Assembly: GCA_963741955.1 (NCBI GenBank)
Contig: CAVUKB010000005.1
Coordinates: 1,056,001-1,120,000, forward strand
DNA from: an uncultured Acidobacteriota bacterium
GTDB lineage: Bacteria; Acidobacteriota; Thermoanaerobaculia; Gp7-AA8
Length of the DNA stretch: 64,000 bases
Direction: 5' to 3'
Part shown: piece after piece, positions 12,835 through 23,688 of the stretch
Layout: every line of letters starts with the position of its first letter
How positions within the stretch are numbered: position 1 is the stretch's first letter
Notes under the pieces: generated by a model
What the model was told of the DNA's origin: nothing
What the model saw: only the letters and a program-made list of their open reading frames with translations
Databases searched by the model: none
Translations under genes and position numbers: made by a program

Positions 12835-12965
12835 GCGAGTCTCGAGACTCGGACAAAGAGCCTCCGCCGATCCTCGGTTCCTGGCCGCGTCTCTACGCCA
12901 TCGTGCTCGGCGAGCTCGCACTCCTCATCGCGCTCTTCACCTGGTTCACGAAGGCGTTCCAATGA
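12831..12965 (+). CDS. 44-aa single-TM protein preceding the SSS transporter
   Basis: MSESRDSDKEPPPILGSWPRLYAIVLGELALLIALFTWFTKAFQ; ATGA overlaps with both neighbours. Confidence 0.7.
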   Translation: MSESRDSDKEPPPILGSWPRLYAIVLGELALLIALFTWFTKAFQ

Positions 12966-14689
12966 GAGCGGTCGACTGGACCATTCTCATCGCGTCTCTC
13001 CTCTTCATCGTCCTCTACGGACTCTGGAAGGGACGGAAGAATCGGGATCTCGACGACTACATTCTCGCCGGGCGCAGCCTGAAGTGGTACACCATCGCGC
13101 TTTCCATCATGGCCACCCAGGCGAGTGCGATCACGTTCATCTCCACTCCGGGGCAGGCGTACGCCGACGGGATGCGCTTCGTGCAGTTCTATCTCGGTCT
13201 CCCGGTCGGGATGGTCATCCTCTCCATCACCGCAGTTCCGATCTATCACCGGCTGAAGGTGTACACGGCGTACGAATATCTGGAAGGGCGATTCGATCTC
13301 AAGACGCGCGCTCTCGCCGCCGGACTCTTTCTCGTTCAGCGTGGACTCGCAGCCGGTCTGACCATCTTCGCTCCCGCATTGATCCTCTCCATCATCCTCG
13401 GGTGGAATCTCTACGTCACCAACATCGTGATCGGCGGGCTGGTGGTGATCTACACCGCGCTCGGCGGAACGAAGGCGGTCAACTGGACCAACTTCCACCA
13501 GATGCTGATCGCGATGCTGGGAATGGTCGCCGCGTTCATGGTGGTCCTCGCGTTCCTTCCTCCCGACGTCTCGCTCCCCGAAGCGGTGACGCTCGCGGGA
13601 AAGATGGGGCGGCTCGATGCGATCGACTTCTCGTTCGACTGGAGTAATCGATACAACTTCTGGTCCGGACTGATCGGCGGGATGTTCCTGCAGCTCTCCT
13701 ACTTCGGGACCGATCAGTCGCAGGTCCAGAGATATCTCACCGGAAGCTCGGTTGCGGAAAGCCGGCTGGCGCTCCTCCTGAACGGGATGCTCAAAGTTCC
13801 GATGCAGTTCTTCATCCTCTTCGTCGGGGCGATGGTCTTCGTCTTCTACCAGTTCGTCACGCCGCCGGTCTTCTTCAACTCCGTCGCCACGGATCAGATG
13901 CGGACCAGCCGCTACGCCGCCGAGTTCCGGGACGTCGAGCGACGGCACGAGAAGGCTGCGGTGGAACAGCGGGTCGAGGCGCGGAACCTGCTGGAAGCGG
14001 TGCGCAGCGGAAACGACCCCGCGATCTCACGGCAGGAAGAGCGGCTCGGCGCAGCGCGGAGCCGCACCCTCGCGACCCGCGCCGAAGCGATCGACCTGAT
14101 GAAGAAGCGCGACCCCGAAGCCGATACGAACGATACGAACTTCATCTTCCTCACCTTCGTGATCCACTACCTTCCGGCGGGACTGGTGGGTCTGGTGATC
14201 GCAGCCGTCTTCGCGGCCTCGATGTCGTCGACCTCTTCGGAGCTGAATGCTCTCGCTTCGACGACGGTGGTGGACTTCTACCGGAGGATGCTCCGCCCGG
14301 ACGCGACGCAGACCCACTACGTGAAAGTCTCGAAACTCGCCACCCTCTTCTGGGGAGCCTTCGCGATCGGCTTTGCCGAATACGCGAACCGGCTCGGTTC
14401 TCTCATCGAGGCGGTGAACATTCTCGGATCGGTCTTCTACGGGACCATTCTCGGGATCTTCCTCGTGGCGTTCTATCTGAAGAGAGTGGGTGCAACCGCG
14501 ACGTTCACCGGGGCGATCCTCGCGGAGATCGTGGTGCTGTACCTGAAGTTCGGGACGGAGATCGCGTTCCTCTGGTACAACGTCGCGGGGTGTCTGGTGA
14601 CGGTCGGCGTCGCGATCCTCATTCAATGGATGAGCGGCGAGCCTCGTCCGCATTCTCCCGCGAACCCCGACTCCTCACGGGCGAACTGA
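12962..14689 (+). CDS. Sodium:solute symporter family protein
   Basis: ATQASAITF, GTDQSQVQRYL, AASMSSTSSELNALAS; many TM helices. Confidence 0.92.
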   Translation: MRAVDWTILIASLLFIVLYGLWKGRKNRDLDDYILAGRSLKWYTIALSIMATQASAITFISTPGQAYADGMRFVQFYLGLPVGMVILSITAVPIYHRLKVYTAYEYLEGRFDLKTRALAAGLFLVQRGLAAGLTIFAPALILSIILGWNLYVTNIVIGGLVVIYTALGGTKAVNWTNFHQMLIAMLGMVAAFMVVLAFLPPDVSLPEAVTLAGKMGRLDAIDFSFDWSNRYNFWSGLIGGMFLQLSYFGTDQSQVQRYLTGSSVAESRLALLLNGMLKVPMQFFILFVGAMVFVFYQFVTPPVFFNSVATDQMRTSRYAAEFRDVERRHEKAAVEQRVEARNLLEAVRSGNDPAISRQEERLGAARSRTLATRAEAIDLMKKRDPEADTNDTNFIFLTFVIHYLPAGLVGLVIAAVFAASMSSTSSELNALASTTVVDFYRRMLRPDATQTHYVKVSKLATLFWGAFAIGFAEYANRLGSLIEAVNILGSVFYGTILGIFLVAFYLKRVGATATFTGAILAEIVVLYLKFGTEIAFLWYNVAGCLVTVGVAILIQWMSGEPRPHSPANPDSSRAN

Positions 14690-14745
14690 GGCCTTTCGCT
14701 TCTCAGCCCATCATCCTGCCGATCCCAGGTCGATGCGGAATTCCA

Positions 14746-15115
14746 GATCCGCGATCCTCGATCCTCGATCCTCGATCTTCGATGCCTCTCAGATCCGCGA
14801 TCCTCGATCCTCGATCCTCGATGCCTCGATCTTCGATGCCTCTCAGATCCGCGATCCTCGATCCTCGTTCCTCGATGCCTCTCAGATCCTCGATCCTCGT
14901 TCCTCGATGCCTCTCAGATCCTCGATCCTCGATCCTCGATACCTCTCAGATCCTCGATCCTCGATCCTCAATCCTCGATCCTCGATCCTCGATCCTCGAT
15001 CTTCGATCCTCGATCCTCGATCTTCGATGCCTCTCAGATCCTCGATCCTCGATCCTCGATGCCTCTCAGATCCTCGATCCTCGATGCCTCTCAGATCCTC
15101 GATCTTCGATGCCTC
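14746..15115. repeat. ~370-bp degenerate (GATCCTC)n tract with GATGCCTCTCA interruptions
   Basis: Directly visible between convergent genes. Confidence 0.95.
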
Positions 15116-15116
15116 C

Positions 15117-15962
15117 CTACTTTTTCCACCCGGCGATCGCTTCCTCCATCGCACTCGTATCGACGGGGGGAGTGGCCGCCTTTCCGAGCTTCACCGCCTT
15201 TTCGCCGAGCGCCACCGCGTCCTTCGGCTTTCCGCTCTCGGCGAGGATCCGGGCCTTCAGGCCGACGTTGTAGAAATTCTCGTCGATGGCGATCGAGCGA
15301 TCCAGCCACGCCGCCGTTTCGGCCGCGTCGCCGCCATTGTGGTAACTGAAGGAAGCAGCCCGGTACGGCGTCTGCCAGTCGCTCAGTTCGTGCCGCGCCT
15401 GCGACAGCACCTGATCTTTCGTGTCGACCTCGACGCGGAACGGAACGATCAGCTTCTCCCACGCCAGAGCGACGGTCGCCGAGTCGTCGTCGACCGCCGG
15501 AAACGCGAACGTCATCCTCTCGTGGAAGTCGTGTTGCTTCGGCTGGACCTCGACCCTGAGAACGTCTTTCGCCGGATCGTAGTCGTAGGCCCCCCACTGG
15601 TCCGCGTCCTTGTTGAAGATCAGAGTCCAGGTGCTTTCGGTGGGGATGGTGAAGAGCGCGTACCGGCCGGCCTTCAGCGGTTGTCCCTCGACCTTGACGT
15701 CGCTGCTGAACGTGATGGTGGTCGCTTCATTCGCTCCGGTACGCCAGACCTTGCCGTACGGGACCAGCCCGCCCCAGATCACGCGGTCTTTCACTCCCGG
15801 GCGGCTGTAGGTGATCGTCACGTCGGTGACGCCCACCGTCTGACTGACGGAAGCTTTCGGGCTGGGGCGCGGCATCTGCAGCTCCGCGTGGAGGGGGACT
15901 GCGAGTGAAGCGATCAACATCGAAGTCGCGAATACGCCTCCGGTCATCTTCCTCGAGAGCAT
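15117..15962 (-). CDS. DUF2911-domain secreted protein with TPR-like C-terminus
   Basis: PRPSP, YSRPGVK, GGLVPYGKVWRTGANEAT. Confidence 0.88.
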   Translation of the reverse strand: MLSRKMTGGVFATSMLIASLAVPLHAELQMPRPSPKASVSQTVGVTDVTITYSRPGVKDRVIWGGLVPYGKVWRTGANEATTITFSSDVKVEGQPLKAGRYALFTIPTESTWTLIFNKDADQWGAYDYDPAKDVLRVEVQPKQHDFHERMTFAFPAVDDDSATVALAWEKLIVPFRVEVDTKDQVLSQARHELSDWQTPYRAASFSYHNGGDAAETAAWLDRSIAIDENFYNVGLKARILAESGKPKDAVALGEKAVKLGKAATPPVDTSAMEEAIAGWKK

Positions 15963-16158
15963 CGGAAACCTCCTTGGATCGTGCTTCGTCGTTCGGCGGG
16001 AGTACCGGCGAATGTTAGCAGAGGTGGAAGGAAAGATACGGATCGGGATCCTCCACGGTCATCACATTCCCCGGCGCGACGACCCTGGCGCGGCGGTACG
16101 CCGGCCCCGGCTCCCGGGATGGCGCTCGGAATCGGACGGATGATATTCTCCGGCCGCC

Positions 16159-17601
16159 ATGACCACGACAAAAGAATCCAGCCTGAACTCGGAACAGACC
16201 AGCCAATTCGTCGACCGTTTCTGGGAGGAGCAGATCCTCCCCACCCTGAGCAGCTACATCGAGATTCCGAACCAGTCGATCCTCTTCGACCCTGAGTGGA
16301 AGAAGAACGGTCACATGGATCGCGCAGTCGCGCTGGTCCGTGAGTGGGTCGAAAAGCAGAACATCTCAGGGCTTCGGCTCGAAGTGATCGAAGACACCGG
16401 GCGCACACCGGTGATCCTCATCGAAGTCGACGGAGCGAACGACGACACGATCCTCCTCTACGGCCATCTCGACAAACAGCCGGCGATGGTCGGCTGGGAC
16501 AAGGAGCTCGGACCGTGGAAGCCGGTACGACGCGGCGACAAGCTGTTCGGCCGCGGAGGCGCCGACGATGGCTACGCGGTTTTCTCGATCATCTCCATGG
16601 TCAAGGCGCTCCAGGAGCAGAAGATCCCCCATGCACGCCTGGTCGCCCTGATCGAAACGTGTGAGGAGAGCGGCTCACTGGATCTCCCCCACTACGTCGA
16701 AAAGTTTTCCGGCCGGATCGGCACGCCGAGCCTCGTGATCTGCCTCGACTCGGGATGTGGCAACTACGACCGGCTGTGGCTGACCACTACGCTGCGTGGC
16801 GCCATCGTCGGGAATCTCACGGTCGACGTTCTCACCGAGGGTGTGCATTCGGGAGACGCGAGCGGAATCGTTCCTTCGAGCTTCCGGATTCTCCGAGTCC
16901 TCCTCGATCGTCTCGAGGATGCGAAGAGCGGTGAGCTGATCCCGGAATGGATGTCGATCGACGTCCCGCCGCATCGGATGGAGCAGATCCGTCAGACCGC
17001 GGAGATCATGGGTGACAACGTCTGGTCGCAGTTTCCCTTCGTCGAGGGGATGACACCGCTCTCGAAAGACCCGGTCGAGCTGATCATCAACCGCACCTGG
17101 AAGCCGACGGTCTGCTACACCGGTCAGGCCGGGATGCCCGACCTCGTGCAGGGGGGCAACGTGCTGCGACCGCAGACCTCGCTCAAGCTGTCGATCCGCA
17201 TCCCTCCGGGAGTGGATGCCGACACCATCGAAACGAAGCTGACCGAGCTTCTCACCTCGGATCCTCCTTACGGAGCGAAAGTCACTCTCGACCTCGAGAA
17301 GGGCGCCTCCGGATGGGAAGCCCCGAAGACGGTACCGTGGCTGGCGCGATCTCTCGACGCCGCGTCGAACGCCTTTTTCGGTCACAGTGTCGCGAACCTC
17401 GGCGAAGGCGGATCGATCCCGTTCATGGGGATGCTCGGCGAGAAGTTTCCCGAGGCGCAGTTCGTGGTGACCGGAGTCCTCGGCCCCTACAGCAATGCGC
17501 ATGGGCCGAACGAGTTCCTGCACATCCCGATGGCGAAGAAAGTGAGCATGTGCATGGCGCGCGTGGTCGCCGACGCGTTCGAGGCACGGTCGGCGCGATG
17601 A
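16159..17601 (+). CDS. M20-family metallopeptidase
   Basis: YGHLDKQP, GRGGADDG, CEESGS, VHSG, GGSIPF, NAHGPNE. Confidence 0.92.
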   Translation: MTTTKESSLNSEQTSQFVDRFWEEQILPTLSSYIEIPNQSILFDPEWKKNGHMDRAVALVREWVEKQNISGLRLEVIEDTGRTPVILIEVDGANDDTILLYGHLDKQPAMVGWDKELGPWKPVRRGDKLFGRGGADDGYAVFSIISMVKALQEQKIPHARLVALIETCEESGSLDLPHYVEKFSGRIGTPSLVICLDSGCGNYDRLWLTTTLRGAIVGNLTVDVLTEGVHSGDASGIVPSSFRILRVLLDRLEDAKSGELIPEWMSIDVPPHRMEQIRQTAEIMGDNVWSQFPFVEGMTPLSKDPVELIINRTWKPTVCYTGQAGMPDLVQGGNVLRPQTSLKLSIRIPPGVDADTIETKLTELLTSDPPYGAKVTLDLEKGASGWEAPKTVPWLARSLDAASNAFFGHSVANLGEGGSIPFMGMLGEKFPEAQFVVTGVLGPYSNAHGPNEFLHIPMAKKVSMCMARVVADAFEARSAR

Positions 17602-18740
17602 CGACGAAGATTGCGGTACTCGGCTGCGGGCTGGTAGGCGGCCTGATCGCACACGACCTCGCCTCGGATCCGGGAATCGAGGTCCACGCGTTCGACGCGT
17701 CGGAGCGGGCTCTCGCCGCTCTGGAGGATCTTCCGCGGATCCGGACCGCGCGGGCCGATCTGTCGGATCCGAAGCAGATCGCGAACGCGGTCCGTGCAGC
17801 CGATGCCGTGGTCGGTGCCGTTCCGGGACGGTACGGCACTCAGATGCTCCGCACCGTGATCGAAGCCGGCAAACCGATCGCCGACATCTCCTTCTCCCCC
17901 GAGAACCCACTCGCGCTTCACGATCTCGCGGTGGAGAAAGGAGTCACGGCGGTGGTGGACTGCGGCGTCTCGCCCGGGCTCTCGAATCTCGCCGTCGGTC
18001 GTGCCGCGTACCACCTCGACGACGTTCGCCACGCGGTGATCTACGTCGGTGGGCTTCCCGTCGAGCGGCACTGGCCGTACGAATACCGGATCGTCTTCTC
18101 CGCCACCGACGTGATCGAGGAGTACACCCGGCCGGCACGCCTGGTCGAGAACGGTCGGACGGTCGTGAAGCCGGCGCTCTCGGAGGTCGAGCTTCTCGAC
18201 TTTCCCGGCATCGGAACCCTCGAGGCATTCAACACCGACGGGCTTCGAACGCTGCTCGCCACCATCGAAGCCGACAACATGAAGGAGAAGACGCTCCGCT
18301 ATCCCGGTCACGCCGACCGGATGCGGATGCTGCGCGAGAGCGGTTTCTTCTCCGACGAACCGCTCGAGACGTCGGCCGGAAAAGTGCGACCGCGGGAGCT
18401 GACGGAGGCTCTTCTCTTCCGCAACTGGAAACGACCCGCAGCGGAAGAGGAGCTGACCGTACTTCGGGTGGCGGTCGATGGATCGAAGAACGGCTCGCGG
18501 ATCGAATACACGTTCGACCTTCTCGACCGGACCGACCGGAGCAGCGGCGCGACGTCGATGGCGCGTACCACCGGATTCCCCTGCGCGATCATGGCGCGGC
18601 TCCTGGCCCGCGGCGAATACCGCGATCCAGGGGTCAGGCCTCCGGAATCGTTCGCCTCGAACGATTCCGTCTACAACACCATGGTCGACGAGCTTCGTCG
18701 TCGCGGGGTCCGGTTCGAGGAACGATCCCGGACACTCTGA
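17598..18740 (+). CDS. Saccharopine dehydrogenase / lysine 6-dehydrogenase-like protein
   Basis: GCGLVG Rossmann motif, DCGVSPGLSN, EAFNTDGLRTL, EKTLRYPGH; ATGA overlap with the M20 gene. Confidence 0.85.
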   Translation: MTTKIAVLGCGLVGGLIAHDLASDPGIEVHAFDASERALAALEDLPRIRTARADLSDPKQIANAVRAADAVVGAVPGRYGTQMLRTVIEAGKPIADISFSPENPLALHDLAVEKGVTAVVDCGVSPGLSNLAVGRAAYHLDDVRHAVIYVGGLPVERHWPYEYRIVFSATDVIEEYTRPARLVENGRTVVKPALSEVELLDFPGIGTLEAFNTDGLRTLLATIEADNMKEKTLRYPGHADRMRMLRESGFFSDEPLETSAGKVRPRELTEALLFRNWKRPAAEEELTVLRVAVDGSKNGSRIEYTFDLLDRTDRSSGATSMARTTGFPCAIMARLLARGEYRDPGVRPPESFASNDSVYNTMVDELRRRGVRFEERSRTL

Positions 18741-18807
18741 CCGCCGCGGTGAGTCGTCGTTCCGGAACCCTGCAGGATGGCGCCCACCGCAACGTCGAGC
18801 GCCGGAA

Positions 18808-19452
18808 TCACTCCCCGAGCTTCGCATTCAGCTCGCCCAGCTCCTTTGCGAGACGCTCGACCGTCACTTCGAGTCGCTCCACCCGGCTTCCGAGTGACTC
18901 GCTCCGGGTCTCCACTTCGACCGAAGCCACATCCGCAGTCGATTCCTCGAGCGCAGACGGGTCGCCCGCCAGGTGCATCCAGCGCGATTCCTTCTGCCCC
19001 GGACGCCGCGGGAGCTCGCGCGCCAGCGGCTCTTCCCGATCCGCGAGTGTGCGGAGCGTCGCCTCGACCTCGTCGATCGTCTCGAAGCGGAACATCCGCT
19101 CGCTGCGGCCACGAAGCTCGCCCGGCGTCTGTGCTCCCCTGAGCAGCAGGAGCGTCATCACCGCCCGCCGCGCGGGGTCGAGTCCCCACTTTCCGCCGAG
19201 CTTGTGGTCCCAGCGGGTCGCGCGCCCGCCGAGGACCTGCCAGACGTATCCATCGTCCTGAAGCCGCCGGAGTGCGCGCTCGATCTCTTCCTCCCGCAGC
19301 TCCATCACCGGCTCCCGGTTCGTCTTCTGATTGCACGCGGTCGTGAGCGCGTTGAGAGTCAGCGGGTAGTATTCGGGCGTCGTCTGCTGCTTCTCCATCA
19401 GACTCCCGAGGATGCGGATCTCGACCGGGTCGAGCAGAATCGGTTCACTCAT
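18808..19452 (-). CDS. yceH: YceH/DUF480-family protein
   Basis: EKQQTTPEYYPLTLNALTTACNQKTNREPVM, LLLRGAQTPGELRGR. Confidence 0.88.
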   Translation of the reverse strand: MSEPILLDPVEIRILGSLMEKQQTTPEYYPLTLNALTTACNQKTNREPVMELREEEIERALRRLQDDGYVWQVLGGRATRWDHKLGGKWGLDPARRAVMTLLLLRGAQTPGELRGRSERMFRFETIDEVEATLRTLADREEPLARELPRRPGQKESRWMHLAGDPSALEESTADVASVEVETRSESLGSRVERLEVTVERLAKELGELNAKLGE

Positions 19453-19500
19453 GGCTGGCGGGTGATCCTATCAGGAGTTACCCGGGGGAGGAATCCCGCT

Positions 19501-20652
19501 TCATCGTCCGTCGCTTCCGGCGAACACCGGAGGAGCGGCGCGCCGCCGCTCACCGAGCAGACGGTCCACCTCCTCTCCCACCGAGTTCGCCAGAGAGAGG
19601 AACGTGGTCATCTTTCCGCCGAAGACGTTCACCAGCCGCGGCGCCGTCTCGATGCGATATTCACGGCTGATGTCGTTCGGATCGTCCTGACGGCCGGTCA
19701 GTGGCCGTACTCCGGCGAAACTCTCCACGATCTCGTCCTCCTTCGCCATCGGAGCGAAGTACTCGTTGAACCGATCGAGCAGGTAGTGGATCTCGACCTC
19801 CGTGGCCCGTACCCCGTCGATCGGACCGCGATGCAGCTCCTCGGTGGTCCCCACGAGCGTCCTCCCTTTCCACGGAAGAACGAAGAAGACCCGCTTCTCG
19901 CCCGGAGATTCGAGAAGGAATCCTTTCTCGCTCACCCGGCGCCGAAGTACGATGTGACTCCCCCGGATCAGCGAGAGCCGGAAGTGCGAAGGGAGGGCAT
20001 TCCGCTCGAGGAATCCGTTCATCCACGGACCGGCTGCGTTCACCAGAAGGTCGAAGGTTCCGTCCCCGTCCGTCTCCCCGGAGGTGGAAAGGTGCCACGA
20101 CGATTCCAGCCGCTCGACGCCGGTCACCTCGCTCTTCTCGTGCGCGCGGAGTCCGTCCCGCACGGCGGAAGCGACCACGGTCCGGACCAGCTCACGATCG
20201 TCGACCTGCGCGTCGAGGTAACGGAATCCTCCGATCAGGCGCGCCCGGCGGATGGGCGCCGCTTCGAGGATCTGGTCGGCCGAGAGGCGGCGGTGGTTCT
20301 CGAGACGGTCCCTCCCCGCGAGGAGATCGTACAGAATGAGACCGGTCTGGATCATCCACATGGGACGCCGGCTGTCGTGAAAGATCGGAATGTACAACTC
20401 GAGCGGGTGAACCAGCCGCGGAAGATTCTGGAGGAGAAATTTCCGGTCCCGCAGTGACTCACGGACCAGACCGAATTGGAGCTGTTCGAGATAGCGGAGT
20501 CCCCCGTGGATCATCTTCGTCGTCGCGGACGAAGTCGCGGCACCGAATTCGCCTTTTTCGAACAGGTCGACTTCGTAGCCTCGCCTCGCGAGCTCCCACG
20601 CGATACCGGCTCCGTTGATGCCGCCGCCGACGACGGCGATCTTCCATTTCAT
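19501..20652 (-). CDS. FAD-dependent glycerol-3-phosphate dehydrogenase/oxidase-like protein (short form)
   Basis: GGGINGAG, TSSATTKMIHGGLRYLE, GSHIV, AGVRPL, GGKMTT. Confidence 0.85.
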   Translation of the reverse strand: MKWKIAVVGGGINGAGIAWELARRGYEVDLFEKGEFGAATSSATTKMIHGGLRYLEQLQFGLVRESLRDRKFLLQNLPRLVHPLELYIPIFHDSRRPMWMIQTGLILYDLLAGRDRLENHRRLSADQILEAAPIRRARLIGGFRYLDAQVDDRELVRTVVASAVRDGLRAHEKSEVTGVERLESSWHLSTSGETDGDGTFDLLVNAAGPWMNGFLERNALPSHFRLSLIRGSHIVLRRRVSEKGFLLESPGEKRVFFVLPWKGRTLVGTTEELHRGPIDGVRATEVEIHYLLDRFNEYFAPMAKEDEIVESFAGVRPLTGRQDDPNDISREYRIETAPRLVNVFGGKMTTFLSLANSVGEEVDRLLGERRRAAPPVFAGSDGR

Positions 20653-20804
20653 CGGTGCTCCACTCTCCTCCGAAGCAAGATGTTCTCCAGTGCCGGTTCC
20701 GGCTCACGTCCCGGACCGATGGTCCCGGTGACGAACCGACTCCCGCTTTGACCCCCTATCGAAGGTTGGGACTCTTCTCTCGCGACTCCTGTTACACTTT
20801 TGGG

Positions 20805-22409
20805 GTGCTGGAACCGGTTCTGAAACTCGAATCGCGCCTGAAGGAACTGCTCTATCGCTGCATGGAAGAGATTCGTGCGACGAAGGCCGCGCTCTACACC
20901 TCGGAAACGGAAAACCTGAACGAGAACCAGTACGAGCTGGTGACCCAATATGGGTTCTCTTCCGATTTCTCCCGGCGGAAACTGAATATCAACGACGTGA
21001 TCGTCGATCGGCTCCTCACCAAGCGCGGAGTTTTTTTCGTCAACGGCGTCGGAACCGAACCGCGTTTTTCGGAACTTCTCTATGGCGCAGGGACGGACCG
21101 GCTGCTGGTCGCTCCCCTACTCTCCCGGGGACGGCTGGTCGGGCTGATCGACATGCGCGACAAAGCGGGTAAACAGCCGTTTACGAATGAAGACGTCGAG
21201 ATCGCGAACCACATCACGTCTCAAATGCTCGCCCTCTTCTCGGACCACAAGCTTTATGGAATCGCTGCCATCCCTCTCTCTGCGATCGAGAGCGGTTCGG
21301 AGCGGCAGGTGGTCGTCGGCAACGGTGCAACCGCGAAGACGATCCAGACGGCCCGGCAGATCGTGGCCCGCGATCTGATCAACTACCGCGCATCCGAGAG
21401 GGTCCTCAACAACCAGCAGCTCGGGTCCGCCCGGTCGGTCCTCGGCACGACGCTCGTCATTCCCGGTGCGCTTCTGGTTGCGCTCACGGCATACGGACAT
21501 GAAGACAACCTGCAGCTCGTCGCCGCGAGCGCACGCGTTTCGGCCGACGCGATGCAGCACTTCGAGAGCCGGCTCGGGGCGTGGAGGTCGAAGCGCGGTG
21601 AGGCCGACATCGCACCGAGCACCGAGCTTTTCTATCCGCTGGGAACCGAAGGAGCGCCGATCACCGGCGCCCGGATCGTCTCCATGCTGAATGCTCCGAT
21701 GAAGGTGACCCGCACCACCGGCCTGGTCTTCAGCGTCGCGTTCGATTCCAAGCCGGACGTCCAGACGAAGCGGTATCTCGAGGCGTTTCTCCGTCAGGCC
21801 GAACAGATCGTCGAGAGCGCAGCCGCGACATCGGAGCTCGCTTCGATGCGCGAGCGGGTCGCGCTGAAGCTCGTGGAGCCCGATTTCCAGAAGTTTCCTC
21901 AGCTGGTCGAGCACGTCCACCAGGTCGCGGCACTTTCAGAGCGTCTGGCGGAACAGATGGGCCTTCCCTCGCCCATGATCGAGGCGGTGCGGATCGCGGC
22001 ACTGGTGCACGATGCGGGGATGCGTCTGATCGACGATCCCTTCACCAAGTCTGCCCTCACCGCCGACGAGCTCCGGAACATGAAAGAGCACCCGGTGGTC
22101 GGTTCCGCCCTGGTCGAGCCGGTTCTCGGAGGAGAGATTGCCGAGATCGTCCTGAGCCATCACGAGAGAGCGGACGGGACGGGATACCCGAACGGCCTCA
22201 GGGGCGACCGGATTCCGATCGGATCCCGCATCATCCAGATCTGCGACGCGTTCATTGCGATGACTTCGGCCGTCTCGTACAAGCCGCCGATCAGGGACGC
22301 TGAAGCACTCGACCGGATCCGCGCCGCCGCAGGAACGCAGTTCGATGCTCAGATCGCCAACCGCTTCCTCGCCATGATGGAACCATTCGCGCAGCCGCAG
22401 ACTCGATGA
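20805..22409 (+). CDS. GAF + HD-GYP domain protein (start uncertain)
   Basis: GAF-like LLVAPLLSRGRLVGLI; LVHD, HHERADGTGYP. Confidence 0.8.
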   Translation: MLEPVLKLESRLKELLYRCMEEIRATKAALYTSETENLNENQYELVTQYGFSSDFSRRKLNINDVIVDRLLTKRGVFFVNGVGTEPRFSELLYGAGTDRLLVAPLLSRGRLVGLIDMRDKAGKQPFTNEDVEIANHITSQMLALFSDHKLYGIAAIPLSAIESGSERQVVVGNGATAKTIQTARQIVARDLINYRASERVLNNQQLGSARSVLGTTLVIPGALLVALTAYGHEDNLQLVAASARVSADAMQHFESRLGAWRSKRGEADIAPSTELFYPLGTEGAPITGARIVSMLNAPMKVTRTTGLVFSVAFDSKPDVQTKRYLEAFLRQAEQIVESAAATSELASMRERVALKLVEPDFQKFPQLVEHVHQVAALSERLAEQMGLPSPMIEAVRIAALVHDAGMRLIDDPFTKSALTADELRNMKEHPVVGSALVEPVLGGEIAEIVLSHHERADGTGYPNGLRGDRIPIGSRIIQICDAFIAMTSAVSYKPPIRDAEALDRIRAAAGTQFDAQIANRFLAMMEPFAQPQTR

Positions 22410-23623
22410 GCTCCGCCGCTGCGGGGTCACTCCGCCATTCCGTCCGCTCCCTTCCGCGGGGCGTCTGGTTCCTCTTCCTCGGCACGTTCGTCAACCGCTT
22501 CGGCACGTTCGTCGTCCCGTTCCTGGTCCTCTATCTGACGCACATGGGGTTCTCGATCGCCCGGGCGGGAGCGGCAGCGGGGGCATACGGGATCGGACAC
22601 ATCGCGGCATCGATCCTCGGCGGATTCCTCGCGGATCACTTCGGACGCCGCAACACCATCGCTCTCTCGATGTTCTCCACCGCGATCGCCCTGATGCTGC
22701 TGTACCAGGCGCGGGGATTCGGCTGGATCGTCGCCTTCGCTGCACTCTCGGGCCTCGCGGCGGAAATGTACAGGCCGGCCGCACAGGCCCTCATCGCGGA
22801 TCTCGTACCGGAGCAGCAGCGCCTTACCGCGTATTCGATCTATCGCCTCGCCGCGAACGCAGGATTCGCGTTCGGACCAGCACTCGCCGGTTTTCTCGCC
22901 CATCGTTCCTACTTCTATCTGTTCGCCGGTGACGCAGCGACGGCAGCCGGCTACGGAATCATCGCCCTGAGTCTTCTTCCTCGAGCCTCGACGTCTACGC
23001 GATCGAGAACCGTCGGCGCGTGGAAGGGCTACGGGATCGCCATGCGGGACCGGCGGCTCCTGTTCATTCTTCTCGCGAGCCTCGCGATCACGTTCGTCAT
23101 CTTTCAGTTCGGCTCGACCGTACCACTGCACGTTCGCGATGCGGGGATGACGGAAACCGCATACGGATTGTTCCTCTCTCTGAACGGAGTGCTGATCGTC
23201 TTCTTCGAGCTTCCGCTGACCGCCGTTACGCGAAGATACCCTCCCCGGCGCGTGATCGCTCTCGGAATTCTCCTGCTCGGCATCGGCTTCGGAGGCATCG
23301 GTCTCGCGAGGACACCCGCGGCAATGGTGGCGGTCGTCTGTCTCTGGACGCTCGGCGAGATCACGGCACTCCCACTGCTCGCGGCGTTCGTCGCGAACCT
23401 GGCTCCGGAGGAATTCCGCGGACGTTACATGGGGCTGTGGGGGCTGAGCTTTTCCATCGGCATCGCCGCAGGACCGTGGGTGGGATCGCTTCTCTACGCA
23501 TGGCACCCGTTCGTTCTGTGGCTCCTCTGTCCGATTCTCGGATTCACTTCAGCGGTCCTGGTCTCGTTCGAGCCGCGCAGCACCGAGAGAGCGGCGCAGG
23601 GATCCGGGGCTGTGACGCCGTAG
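22406..23623 (+). CDS. MFS transporter
   Basis: GGFLADHFGRR motif A; about 12 TM helices. Confidence 0.9.
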   Translation: MSSAAAGSLRHSVRSLPRGVWFLFLGTFVNRFGTFVVPFLVLYLTHMGFSIARAGAAAGAYGIGHIAASILGGFLADHFGRRNTIALSMFSTAIALMLLYQARGFGWIVAFAALSGLAAEMYRPAAQALIADLVPEQQRLTAYSIYRLAANAGFAFGPALAGFLAHRSYFYLFAGDAATAAGYGIIALSLLPRASTSTRSRTVGAWKGYGIAMRDRRLLFILLASLAITFVIFQFGSTVPLHVRDAGMTETAYGLFLSLNGVLIVFFELPLTAVTRRYPPRRVIALGILLLGIGFGGIGLARTPAAMVAVVCLWTLGEITALPLLAAFVANLAPEEFRGRYMGLWGLSFSIGIAAGPWVGSLLYAWHPFVLWLLCPILGFTSAVLVSFEPRSTERAAQGSGAVTP

Positions 23624-23688
23624 GCTCCAGGCAATCGAGAGATGAACGACATGGGAGCCGGCGCGACGAAAGGCCGGCGGGCCCGGCG

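Noticed and set aside
14590-15908. ORFs rich in SSILDPR repeats
   Set aside because: They are read-through of the GATCCTC tract; the same applies at 27.8-28.3 kb.
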